NCBI GenBank assembly: GCA_963743305.1 | Contig: CAVUPH010000026.1 | Location: forward strand, 38,472 to 102,471 | Reading direction: 5' to 3' | Source of the DNA: an uncultured delta proteobacterium | Lineage (GTDB): Bacteria; Desulfobacterota; RBG-13-43-22 | DNA: 64,000 nucleotides | Shown: one piece after another, positions 1 to 9,890 of the stretch | Layout: every line of letters begins with the position of its first letter | Position numbering within the stretch: position 1 is the first letter of the stretch | Program-made: the position numbers and the translations under genes | Notes under the pieces: generated by a model | Databases searched by the model: none | The model's input: only the letters and a program-made list of their open reading frames with translations | What the model was told of the DNA's origin: nothing

Positions 1-424
1 CGGCATCGTCCCAGAGGTCCAATTCCCGGATGTTGGTCCCCGAATCATCCCCTCGAGAGACAAACAGGCTGCCTTTCTCCGCGATCTCTTCCAAGGCTTC
101 GATGACGGTTTGGGCCTTTTTCACCTTGGCCGGATCCTTGGCCGGGCCAACAATGGCAAATTCGTTGTACATCACCTCCCGGCGATTTACCCCATACCCT
201 TCAGCAATGAATTTTTCTTCACGAAAGGGGTCATGGACAAAAAGCACATCGGCTTCTCCCTTTTTGGCCAACCGGATGGCCTTGCCCGTACCCACGGCAA
301 TAACCTCCACCTTGACCTGGTATTTCGAAAATTTCTCATAGGCCGGAATCAAGATGTCAAAAAGGCCTGAATTCTGGGTGCTGGTGGTTGAGGCAACGAT
401 CAGCTTGTTTTTTGCTTTAGCCAT
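1..424 (-). CDS. Tungstate ABC transporter substrate-binding protein-like (TupA-like); 3' end runs off the window
   Basis: My translation reads MAKAKNKLIVASTTSTQNSGLFDILIPAYEK...VIAVGTGKAIRLAKKGEADVLFVH...FVSRGDDSGT, with the TTS and SRGDxSGT motifs of TupA. AGGAG RBS at 431-435. Not in the ORF track because it is truncated. Confidence 0.8.
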   Translation of the reverse strand, partial: MAKAKNKLIVASTTSTQNSGLFDILIPAYEKFSKYQVKVEVIAVGTGKAIRLAKKGEADVLFVHDPFREEKFIAEGYGVNRREVMYNEFAIVGPAKDPAKVKKAQTVIEALEEIAEKGSLFVSRGDDSGTNIRELDLWDDA

Positions 425-510
425 AAGGGTCTCCTTTTTTGCAGGGTAGTTAAAATATTTATTCTATTAAATTAATACTTTAACCTGGAATGTCAATGGC
501 CTTCCCGTTG

Positions 511-1452
511 TTATTTCCCCCCCGGATCATCCCCGTGCTGTTTCTTGATAAAATTGTGGTGGGTGGCCGTACCTTCTTTTCGGGCCTGCCCGACGGTCAG
601 GAACTTACCCACCAGGAGCATATGCATTTCCGGGGGCAGGTTCTGATAATCGATCTCTTTCAAAAACAGGCCGACCGTACTCCGCAGGACTTTTTCTTTT
701 TCCCGGTCTCCGGCGTAAAGCACCACCGCCACCGGGGTGTTTTTGGAATAATGTTTTTTAAGCTGATCAAACAGCTTGGGATAGTCCAGCTTCATGGTAT
801 AAAAAACCATACTGGTTTTATGGGTCATCAGTTCCCTGTTTCTATCCCGCCGGCCCGGCCAGTCGGTCATGGTTAAAATAACCGAGCTGGTGTCCCAACC
901 ATAGGGCGGGCTCATCTTGACCGCGGCGCTGGAGGCCTGAAAGGCCCCGATCCCGGGGATGATTTCAGAGGGGAAATCCTTGGGCAGCATCTCCAGATAA
1001 AAGGTGGTTCCATACATCATGGGGTCCCCCCACTGGAGGGCCGCCACTTTTTTTCCCTGGGCCACCGCTTCTTTGATCTTGCCGATCATCGACTTTCGGG
1101 CTTCGGCGTTCCGGATGGCCTTGGCCCTGACTTCGGGGTCTTTCAAGGTCTGCGGATCAATTCCATAATACACCCGGGCGACATGTCCCAGGTACCAGAC
1201 CGGTTTGTCGCCGATCCACTGTTTCCAAGCCTCCAGATCCGACTGGTCTTCCAGGATGAAGATATCGGCCTGCTTAACCGTCTCGAGCCCCCGGAGGGTG
1301 ATCAGGTCCGGGCTGCTGCCCATGCCGACGATATAGAATTTTCCTTCGCCGGCCAGCAGAGAGCCGGGAAGAGCCAGCAACAATACCAGCAGGACGCCAC
1401 TCAGTAACTTTATTAGACGCTCTTCTTTAAACATATATCCTTTCCTTTCCAA
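511..1452 (-). CDS. Tetrapyrrole (corrin/porphyrin) methylase family protein, CobM/CbiF-like, with N-terminal signal peptide
   Basis: Motifs FYIVGMGSSPDLITLRG, AALQWGDPMMYG and IIPGIGAF. Leader LIKLLSGVLLVLLLALPGSLLA-G. The start may be 1434 (MFKEE). Confidence 0.8.
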   Translation of the reverse strand: MERKGYMFKEERLIKLLSGVLLVLLLALPGSLLAGEGKFYIVGMGSSPDLITLRGLETVKQADIFILEDQSDLEAWKQWIGDKPVWYLGHVARVYYGIDPQTLKDPEVRAKAIRNAEARKSMIGKIKEAVAQGKKVAALQWGDPMMYGTTFYLEMLPKDFPSEIIPGIGAFQASSAAVKMSPPYGWDTSSVILTMTDWPGRRDRNRELMTHKTSMVFYTMKLDYPKLFDQLKKHYSKNTPVAVVLYAGDREKEKVLRSTVGLFLKEIDYQNLPPEMHMLLVGKFLTVGQARKEGTATHHNFIKKQHGDDPGGK

Positions 1453-1453
1453 T

Positions 1454-2227
1454 TTAATTTAATCGGTACACCACCGGGATCGTGATCTGGGCTTCCACGG
1501 GGGGACGTGGAAAAGGGGCGCTTTCCATTAAAGACTCCAGAGCTTTCTGATCCAGGAGTTCATAACCGGAACCCCTGGCCACCCGGGGATCTTTTATCAA
1601 GCCATTGGTCGTGATGATAAACGAGAGGACGACTTTCCCCTCCCAGCCCAGGCGCCGCGCTATTGCCGGATAGTTGACATTTTTCAGAATCTTGTCCCGA
1701 ATGTAGGCGAATTGTTCAGCCAGATAACGGTTTTTGGCCTTCTCGGCGGCACCGCTTTCTAAGTTGGATCCTCCACCACTTCCGCCTTTTCCAATGACCG
1801 GTCCGCTCCCGGAAATCCCGGATATACCCGTTCCACCGGCCTGCCCGTCTGGTTTTCCCGACCCTCCCGGCACATTCGGGACACCCGGCTCTTCCACGGG
1901 TACGCTCAAATCCGAAGTGGAATGAATCCAGGTGGGGGAGGTTCCCGGGACTTTCGGTGCTGCCGGAGGGGGAGGGAGTTTGACCTCTTCCCGGGGAACC
2001 GGGGCGGGAACGGCCTGGGATAGTTTTTTTGATGCCGGCTGGAATGATTTTTTTAGCGGGGTCTCCCGGATTTCTTGAACCGGGGCCGGAGTTGGTTTTT
2101 CCAAGTCAAAATCGATGATCACCGGGTGATGTTTTTTTATTTCCAGCGTGCTGAGACCCAACACCCCGGCAATCACCACCGCGTGAATGATCAAAGAATA
2201 TTGGACCCCTCTGGCTTGCGGTTTCAC
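1454..2227 (-). CDS. tonB: Energy transducer TonB
   Basis: N-terminal TM with SLIIH, Pro/Gly-rich linker, C-terminal YPAIARRLGWEGKVVLSFII. Confidence 0.9.
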   Translation of the reverse strand: MKPQARGVQYSLIIHAVVIAGVLGLSTLEIKKHHPVIIDFDLEKPTPAPVQEIRETPLKKSFQPASKKLSQAVPAPVPREEVKLPPPPAAPKVPGTSPTWIHSTSDLSVPVEEPGVPNVPGGSGKPDGQAGGTGISGISGSGPVIGKGGSGGGSNLESGAAEKAKNRYLAEQFAYIRDKILKNVNYPAIARRLGWEGKVVLSFIITTNGLIKDPRVARGSGYELLDQKALESLMESAPFPRPPVEAQITIPVVYRLN

Positions 2228-2604
2228 GGCCGTTCTTCGGTCTGGAGACTGACCCGTTTAAACTGAAGTCCTTTGACCAGATCCAGGACATCGACAAACC
2301 CCTGTAGGGCGATCTGCCGATCCGCCCGGATCAGGATCGGGATATTCCTATTCTGCCCCTCCAGGCCCTGTCTCAACCCATCCAGGGCCACCGCTTTAGC
2401 GTTCAAGAACAGCCCCCCCTGACGGTCGATCGCAATGGTCTGGGTCCGCAGCATCTCCCCCTGGCTTTTGACCACTTTGGGCAGATCGATAGGAATCATC
2501 CCGGTGGCGATAAAGGATGAAGTGGTCAAAACGATCGCCAGCAGAACCAGCATGACGTCCACCAGCGGGATTACATTGATATAATCAAACTCTTTTTCTT
2601 CCAT
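2224..2604 (-). CDS. exbD: Biopolymer transporter ExbD
   Basis: INVIPLVDVMLVLL and IRAD motifs. Confidence 0.92.
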   Translation of the reverse strand: MEEKEFDYINVIPLVDVMLVLLAIVLTTSSFIATGMIPIDLPKVVKSQGEMLRTQTIAIDRQGGLFLNAKAVALDGLRQGLEGQNRNIPILIRADRQIALQGFVDVLDLVKGLQFKRVSLQTEERP

Positions 2605-3019
2605 TCAGAACGTCCCAGTCCAGGAGCAACACCTTGACCTTGCGCAACAGGAAATTATACAAGGTCACCGAGGGAATGGCCACCAGCAATCCCACGGCCG
2701 TGGCCTTCAGGGCCAGGGCCAGGCCCACCATGATCTTACCGGTATCCATGAACCCTTCCAACCCGATGGTATAAAAGGTCAGCATGATCCCTAAAACGGT
2801 CCCGAGCAGGCCGATATAGGGCGCGTTGCTTCCAATGGTGGCGATCAGGTAAAGTTTTCCGGTCAGTTCCTTTTCCAGACCGGGTTTGTCGGGGAAGTCT
2901 TCTAAGCGTATACGCCGATAAACCAGGTGGCGTTCCAGGGCTACGCTCAGGGCCACGATGCTCAGCAGAATCAGGAACCCGATGATCCCGTAATCGACCG
3001 CAATTTTCACCCATTCCAT
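2585..3019 (-). CDS. exbB: TonB-system energizer ExbB
   Basis: IATIGSNAPYIGLLGTVLGIM and ALKATAVGLLVAIPS motifs. Confidence 0.92.
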   Translation of the reverse strand: MEWVKIAVDYGIIGFLILLSIVALSVALERHLVYRRIRLEDFPDKPGLEKELTGKLYLIATIGSNAPYIGLLGTVLGIMLTFYTIGLEGFMDTGKIMVGLALALKATAVGLLVAIPSVTLYNFLLRKVKVLLLDWDVLNGRKRV

Positions 3020-3025
3020 AATTCG

Positions 3026-5097
3026 CTAGAACTTTCCGGTAACACCTGCCCAGAAAGCCCGTCCAGGACCGGGAAACCCGAATTCCGGCTCGTAGTTGAT
3101 GTCAAAAATATTGTTCACCGCCACGTACACCTCGAACCATTTCAGGATCGGCTGGGTGACCTTGAAGTTGGTCAGGAAATAGTCCCCGGTTTTCAGCGTG
3201 GGCACGGTCTTATTCTGGGGTGTGGGAAGCTGGGAATAGGCCTCGCCCACATACAATCCGATCAGGTCCAGCTTGGTTTTAACCTGAGGGATGACATATT
3301 GTACCCCGAGGTCCAACTTGTGCTGGGGGGAGAAGGTTACGTCGTCGGTGACCCGTCCGTCACTTTCATTCTTAGAATCGATATAGGCGTAATCACCCCG
3401 CAGGAGTCAGACCGTCCAACGGATATACGGCACCGCCCACTTCGATACCCATCCGCTTCACGTTCCCGTAGTTTTGATAGTTGCCGAGAATGCCAGGGGC
3501 ATCGCGGGAGATCAGGTCGGTGACGTCATGATAGAATAAGGCGAACTCCAATTGGCCCACCTTGCCCAGGGCCTGATCCACACCCACCGTATAGTTGATG
3601 CTTTTTTCCGAGGCCAGGTCGGTATTGCCGCCTTTGCTGGAGTAAAGCTGTTGCAGGGTCGGGAAGCGGGATTTACGGGCGATGCGAACCGAAGAGTTTG
3701 GTCCCGTCGGCCACCTGGTAATTCAACCCGATCATGGGATTGAATTCGCTGGTGTTGGGTTGGGGGTTGGAGATCTGGCGCACGAAGTTACCCGTTTTGG
3801 AGTCCGTGACGTTCTTCTGGGCCTGAGTCACGTCGAACCAGTCGTAGCTGACTCCGCCCACCAGAGATAGATTTTTTACCAGGGTGAATTCGTCTTCCAG
3901 ACCCCAGGATCCGGTGTAAGACTTGGACTCCGCAAAGGGCAGATAGGCATCGTCCCGCTCCTGGTGGTTGTCCTCCTTGTAATGCAAGGACATTCGCAGG
4001 TTGTTCCATTTCACCGGCTGGTAATCGACAAAATAGGAGCCGCCCAGTGATATAATCCTCATAGCGGCTGACGGCGATCTGTTTGGTCAGGGCCGAATCG
4101 GCATAAGAAACGTAATCGTCGTTATGATGGTGATAAAAGAGCTTGGCCTTCATATTCCACTGGTCGTTCAACCGGTGCCTCCCGTCCAGGTCGACCCCCC
4201 AATCCTCATAATTCTGGATCCGGACGTTGGCCGTGGAAAACGCCGGACGGTTGGTAAACACCGGTTGCTATCAGGTGGAGGCCGGCGACCCTTTGTCTCG
4301 GTTCAGGTAGTGGAAATTGGCGAAAAATTCGAATCCTTTATGGGGGTCGCTCCGATTTTGGCCCAGAAGTTTTTGCTGGTTATGTCGGAATTGTCCCGTT
4401 TTCCCCCGTCTTCAAAGACGACGGTGCTTTTCCCCGCCCGGGCTGCGGGTCAGAGTCCCTTTTCTGGGCTTATAATCGTCCGAGAGATTCCAACCGTCCG
4501 ACTTCAGGTAGCTGGCACTCAGCCACCAGTTCCAGATACCGGTCTTCATGCCGTGGGTGGCCGAGAGGCGGTAGGTGTTGTTTTCGCTGAATTCCATGGT
4601 GGCGCTGGTGAACGGTTTTTCCGAGGGTTGCCGGGTGATGATGTTGATCACCCCGGCCAGGGCATTGGCCCCGTACAGGACCGAGGCGCCGCCCTTGATG
4701 ATCTCGATGCGGGCTACGTTGTCGGTGGGAATCTGGTTTAGGTCCAGTTTCCCGACATTGGTTTCGTAGTAGGGGACCCCGTCCATCAGGATCAGCGCCT
4801 CGGATTGATCGAACCCTCGAATCGAGATATTGGGTTCGTTCTTTCGACCGGTGGTCACCGGATCCCCGGCGCATAGCTTAGGGCCTCGGCTACGGTTTTG
4901 CTGTTGGTCGCCGGGATGTCTTCGGCGGTGATCTCGGCGATCACCGTCGTCTCCCGGACCTTGTCCCCCGGCACCACGATCTCACCCAGGGTGTAGGTCT
5001 CGAATTCCTTGGGCATCTTTCCCTCGGCCCAGACCAGACCGGTCCCCCAAAAGAAGAACAGCGTTAACAGCAAACCCATCTTTTCTCTCTTCCTCAT
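3026..5097 (-). CDS. TonB-dependent outer-membrane receptor (multiple frameshifts)
   Basis: Signal peptide MRKREKMGLLL..., YTLGEIVV TonB-box region, plug motif RIEIIKGGASVLYGANALAGVINIIT, C-terminal NNIFD...GRAFWAGVTGKF. Spread over about 6 ORF fragments. Confidence 0.85.
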
Positions 5098-5107
5098 TTT
5101 CTCCTCC

Positions 5108-6430
5108 TCATTTTTGGTATTGGCTCTTTTCAATTTTCGCGACCAGAAAAAATAAAACGGCAACCCCGATAAGGCGATGACCAGCCCCAACAACGAGGTC
5201 TGGGGCTTCTCCCAGGAAATCTGCCAGGCAATCCAGCCGTAGGTCCCGACAAACAGAAGCGGCGTCAGGGGATAACCCCAGGTCCGGTAAGGTCGAAATA
5301 GGGCCGGCCTCCTGGCCCGGAGAGTCAAGTGCGCCAGACCCGTCGCCATCGAGGACACCAGCATGATGAGCACCACATAGCTCAAAAGCTGGTCGAAGCT
5401 TCCCCAAAGGACCATACCGGCCGCCAGCAGTCCCGTGGGTCAAAATCGATCCGTAGGGCGTCCGGTGCCGGGGATGAAGTTTTTTCAAGAACGACCAAAA
5501 TAGACCGTCCTCGGCCATGGCGTAAAAAATCCGTGAGCAGGCCAGGAGGGTGGCATTGATCCCGGAGGCGATGGCCAGTACGATCACCAGGGAGATCGAG
5601 TCCGGCGTAAGGCCTGCTGAACAGGGTTTCCGCCGCCAGTTGACCTACGTTGACCACCCCCTGAAGTTGCGGGATCGGGACGGCATACAGGTAGGTAATG
5701 TTCATCAAGGCGTACAATACGGTTACGATCAGGGTCCCCGAGAGCAGCGATCCGGGGAACGTTTTTCTCCGGGTCCTTGACTTCACTGCCCACATAGGCC
5801 GAGGCGAACCAACCGCTGTAGGTAAAAATGACGGCGATCATCGGCGAGGCGAAGAGTTTGGTCCAGGATAGGGTCCCGCCCGGGTCCCCGGAAAAATGTT
5901 GCCAACTCCCCTTCCCCAATAGTAGCCCACCCAAGACGAACCGACCGATGAGCAACAGGGCGCCCAGGGTAAGATATCCTGGGTGGTGCTGCCCCAGCGT
6001 ATCCCGCGGTAATTGATCCAGGTAAACAAGGCGATCACCGCCAGGGCCGGTACCTTTTCCGAACCCGAGCCAATCCCCGGCAGAAACGGTTTCAGGTAAC
6101 TGACCAGCGCCAAGGTCAAGGCGGCCATTGAACCCGGAATAATGATCCAAAAGTTGACCCAGCCAAGCAAAAAACCGGCCCAGGACCCGTAGGCCTCCTT
6201 GAGGAACTGATAGTCGCCGCCGGCTCGGGGAAACAAACCGGCCAGTTCGGCATAGGTCAGGGCCCCGCAAAGCGTGAGCAACCCCCCGATGATCGGGATG
6301 CCGACAACCAGAAGGGCTGGGGCAGCTCACCGGCCAGAAATCCGCTGGTGGTGAAGATGCCGGCGCCCACCACGTTGCCCACCACCAGCAATATGGCATC
6401 CGACAGTCTAATGTTTCGATTGAGCGGCAA
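5108..6430 (-). CDS. APC-family amino acid permease (frameshifted)
   Basis: VVGNVVGAGIFTTSG, LTYAELAGLFPRAGGDY, FTYSGW and RPYRTWGYP motifs in successive frames. Ends approximate. Confidence 0.8.
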
Positions 6431-6445
6431 GGATCGGTTTCCCGG

Positions 6446-8231
6446 TTAATGGTGGCGATCCAAAGTCTTGGCCTCCAGGCAGGCCCCGATGTGGGAAATC
6501 ATGCCCAGCCACTTTTCCTTTTCTTCCCAGGCGATGGACAGGGCCTTGTCCAGCGTGGTCTTCACCAGGCGCTCGCTGTCGGCAAAGCCCACCCGATAGG
6601 CAAAATAAACCGGGTGGCCGGCGGGTAATAGCCGCCCAACAGATCCAGCAGGCCTTTTAAATCCTTCAACCCCATGAACAGGGCCAGGGTGTCCCCCTTC
6701 TCGACCGCCGCCTTAAGCAACGCCGGGTTGTCCTTAAGGCCCAGGAGGTGGACAGGAACAACCGCCCTCCCGGCAGGCCAGCTCCTTCCCGATGAGCGCG
6801 TTGGCGGCATTGAAGGCGCTGATCCCCGAGATGAACTCCTTTTCCTGATCTCCCAACCGGGCGGCGATCTGGCGCAGACTCCCATAGATAAAGGGATCCC
6901 CGTATTCCAGCAGGGCCACGTTCTTCCCCTGTTGCAGTTCAGCCTGAATCAGTTTTACCGCTTCTCGATCTTTTTTTCCAGCAGGGTCTCTTTTTCCTTC
7001 GGGGACAGCTTGCCCAGCTCCTTTCCATAAATGGGCTCCGGCATCAAATACTTGAAAGGATCAAACAGGACCGGGCGCCCTCCGATGTAAGCGGACAGAC
7101 GTTTTTTCAGATCGTCGCTGCAGACGAAGACATCAGCCCGGCCCAGGGCCGACAAGGCCTGCTGGGTCAACAGGTCCGGATCGGCGCAGCCCATACTGAT
7201 CAAGATAGGCCTTGGGTTTCCGGAGCAGGTTGATGACCTCGATCCGGGAAACGGCCTTCACCCAGCGATCGGCCGACAGGTCGTCGGGGATCACCAGTTT
7301 AAACTTGCCGTCCGCCTGAATGGGCTTTCCTTCCTTGCGGTCGGCGATGATGATTCGCCGGCCCAGGGGATTGAGCAACAGCTCCCCCATGGAGATCAGG
7401 GACCGGTACCCGTCCGGTGCCGAAATGACCACGGCCAAATTCAGGTCCTTGGTTACCCCGGCCCGGGTGAGCACCTCCATCAAGGGGACCCCTTCAAATC
7501 GGAGCAGACCGTGATAGCCTCTCCCCTCGCCCGCGACCTTGCCCGTCACCTCCACCCGGGGATAGGCCGATAAATCGGTCACGGTCAGCGGGGGTTTGCG
7601 GCTCCTGAACCACCGTCAGATCGGGGGCAAAAAGCTCCTTCATCCGTTTCACCGGCATTTCGAAATGCAGGTCGACCACCTCGATACTGGTCACGTTTTC
7701 CAGAGACCGCTCGGTATAGAAATCGTTGGCCACCACCAGCCTGGGTAAGCCCACCTTTCTTTTCAAGGGATCGTGCCAGACCCGGTAAACCTCCGCTGGG
7801 TGACAGGCAGCGCAGTCTCTGAGAGGCATGACCGGCTCCGTCTGGAAGGCCACGACGATGTCCGCCGGGTTGCGATAAAACACCTCCCCCCAGACAAGGC
7901 CGCCTGTTTCTCCCTCCCGGTTACGGACCACGATGGCCATATCCAGCGGTTTACTAAAGGCCGATTCCCCTTTTTGGACCACCGCGGTCTCCAGCAGCTT
8001 CCTTCAACGACACCCCCCGGTAGTTGAAAACCCCGTGAAAAGTCTTGTCCCGGGTCAGTTCATTCAGGCGCACCGGAATCGATTGGAAGCGAGCCAGATC
8101 GGAGAGGCTGAATTGAAGCGGTTGTTTGACGGCGCCAATGATATGCAGGCTTTCCAAGGTACCGGCCTCCACCCCGGGAAGCGATCAACAGGAGACTCAG
8201 ACCAATAAACGACCCATTTCATCTTCTTCAT
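6446..8231 (-). CDS. Exported fusion protein: two molybdopterin-oxidoreductase-like (sulfite oxidase-type fold) repeats plus a C-terminal tetrapyrrole methylase domain (frameshifted)
   Basis: RBS plus MKKMKWVV leader. Repeat 1 has YRGVSLK...WGEVFY. Repeat 2 has FEGVPLMEVL...SAPDGYRSLISMGEL...KLVIPDDLSADRWVKAVSRIEV. Methylase domain has ISMGCADPDLLT, LEYGDPFIYG and SGISAFNAA. Reconstructed across frames. Confidence 0.6.
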
Positions 8232-8248
8232 AAAACGATACTCCTTTT

Positions 8249-9010
8249 TTAAACGGATTTTCGCTGCGGAAAGTACCAGACCAGGGCCAGGATCAGGACA
8301 ATGAACCCCCAGAAAATGAAGGTGCCGGCCGGGATCCTGTTTGATGACCACCTTCAACTCCTGACCCGGTTGGGCCTTTTTGGCCATATCCAGATGAAAG
8401 GTATATCCCTTCCAGGAGACCGGTTGCATGATCTGGAGCTCCCGGGATTTCAGGCTGCCGGCGGCGTCAAACAGCAGAACCGCCCGGCATTGTTTGTAGC
8501 ATCCCCCGGATAGGTTCCGGACCCGGATAGCGCTGACAATCTTGACTGATCAACCGGACCATCCCGACGCCCGGAAGCTGGATACCGGTTTTCGGTTTGT
8601 TCGGAACGACCCCGTTGAAGCCCACGACCAGGCTGATCCAGTGCCCGGAAAGGATGACCAGGAAACATAAATGGATCAAGGAAGGGCTGAGTCGGAACGG
8701 AAAACGTTCGGACACCGATCTGTCTCCTTAAAGGCCATAAATGGATCAGTCGTTTCAAAGCGCAGACCACGGTATTGACGCCTAGAAAGAACAGCAGGAG
8801 AATAAGACTTCCCAGCCACCAGAGTTGGTTGATCTGGGAACGACCCACCTGTTGAACCCACTCTTGAATCAACATCTGGTTCAGCGGATTGAAGAAAGTA
8901 AAATTAAATTTCAAATAATAGGAACCGATCCCCAGGTTGGCAGAAATCAACAAGAGCAACCAGAAGTTGACTTTGACCTCGCCGCAGAAATCCCAAATCT
9001 TTTGAAACAT
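8249..9010 (-). CDS. ResB/CcsB-like membrane protein (frameshifted)
   Basis: N-terminal TMs, GVNTVVC, SLIHLCFLVILSGH and C-terminal KQDPG, as in ResB/Ccs1. 3' end approximate. Confidence 0.6.
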
Positions 9011-9014
9011 TCCG

Positions 9015-9772
9015 CTATCCCCCGATCCGTGGCGGCAGGTTGGTTTCGGTCAAGAACCCTAAGTAGCCGTAAAGCAGGATCATTGCCAGCCCGACCAGCG
9101 AGAAGCGGGCTTCGGTCCGCAGATTCCAGACCGGAAGATAGCGAAGATGCAGCAAAGCCGCATAAAAACACCAGAGTGAAGCGGATTGCAGATGACGGGC
9201 GCTCCAGTGCAAAGGGGTGGCCCAGCCTAGAAAGGCCCAGTAGGCGCCCACCACCTGGGCGCCGCTGAAAAAGATAAACCCCCAGACCAGGAAGGAATGG
9301 AAAAGGCGGGCCGTTTCGTCCTGCCGCAAGTAGATCAGGCCCAACATGCTCCCCGCGATAAAACAGGCGTGGCTGATAACCTCCAGCATAAAGAACAGCC
9401 AAGAAAACAAGGTCTGGGTTTTCGGATTGGGCGGAACCACCCCCAGGGGAAAAAGAAAAGCCAATACCGAGAAGACCACCAGGGGAATCAGTAGCCCGCC
9501 GGCGAGAGAGGCTTTCCCGGGAATGAATCTGAACCCCAAAGCCAGCGCCGCCAGGCACCAGGGCAGGAAAAAACTTTCTTCAAAAAGGGCATAGGGGGAC
9601 CAAATCCCGACAAGCCCTCCCCGGTTGACCAGAAAGACGGTGTGTCCCAGGAAACCGAGCACCAGGCAAGACGAATGGGAATGTATCTCCGCCGGAATAG
9701 CCAGGCGACCATTGAAGCGGCATAAAAACCCGTTACGAGCGGAAACCCGTTATTTATTGTTATCGAGATCAT
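9015..9772 (-). CDS. CcsA/ResC-like cytochrome c assembly family protein (5' frameshift near 9665)
   Basis: Multiple TMs, a Trp-rich loop GAYWAFLGWATPLHWSARH resembling the WWD domain, and YAALLHLR. Confidence 0.7.
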
Positions 9773-9812
9773 CAATTAAAAATTTCCCGGAAACGGGATG
9801 AGCGAGAAGAAC

Positions 9813-9854
9813 TATGTCTTTTTCGACATGTATGTCAAAACAAGCATATATGTC
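9813..9854. promoter_or_regulatory. Candidate operator/promoter upstream of the ccsA-like operon
   Basis: TATGTC at 9813, 9831 and 9849 (18-bp period). Overlapping palindromes ATGTC-N6-GACAT and GACAT-N2-ATGTC. Two TTGACA hexamers on the minus strand. Confidence 0.55.
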
Positions 9855-9890
9855 AAGAATTTTTTCCGGGGGATCGCAAAAAAATCAATT

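Noticed and set aside
4855-5415. ORF joining the permease C-terminus to the TonB receptor N-terminus
   Set aside because: The receptor has its own GAGGAG RBS, ATG (5097) and signal peptide. An inner/outer membrane fusion is implausible and the region is frameshift-rich.
9776-9890. Cobalamin riboswitch upstream of the TonB/methylase operon
   Set aside because: The gap is about 115 bp and lacks a B12 box or the expected stems.
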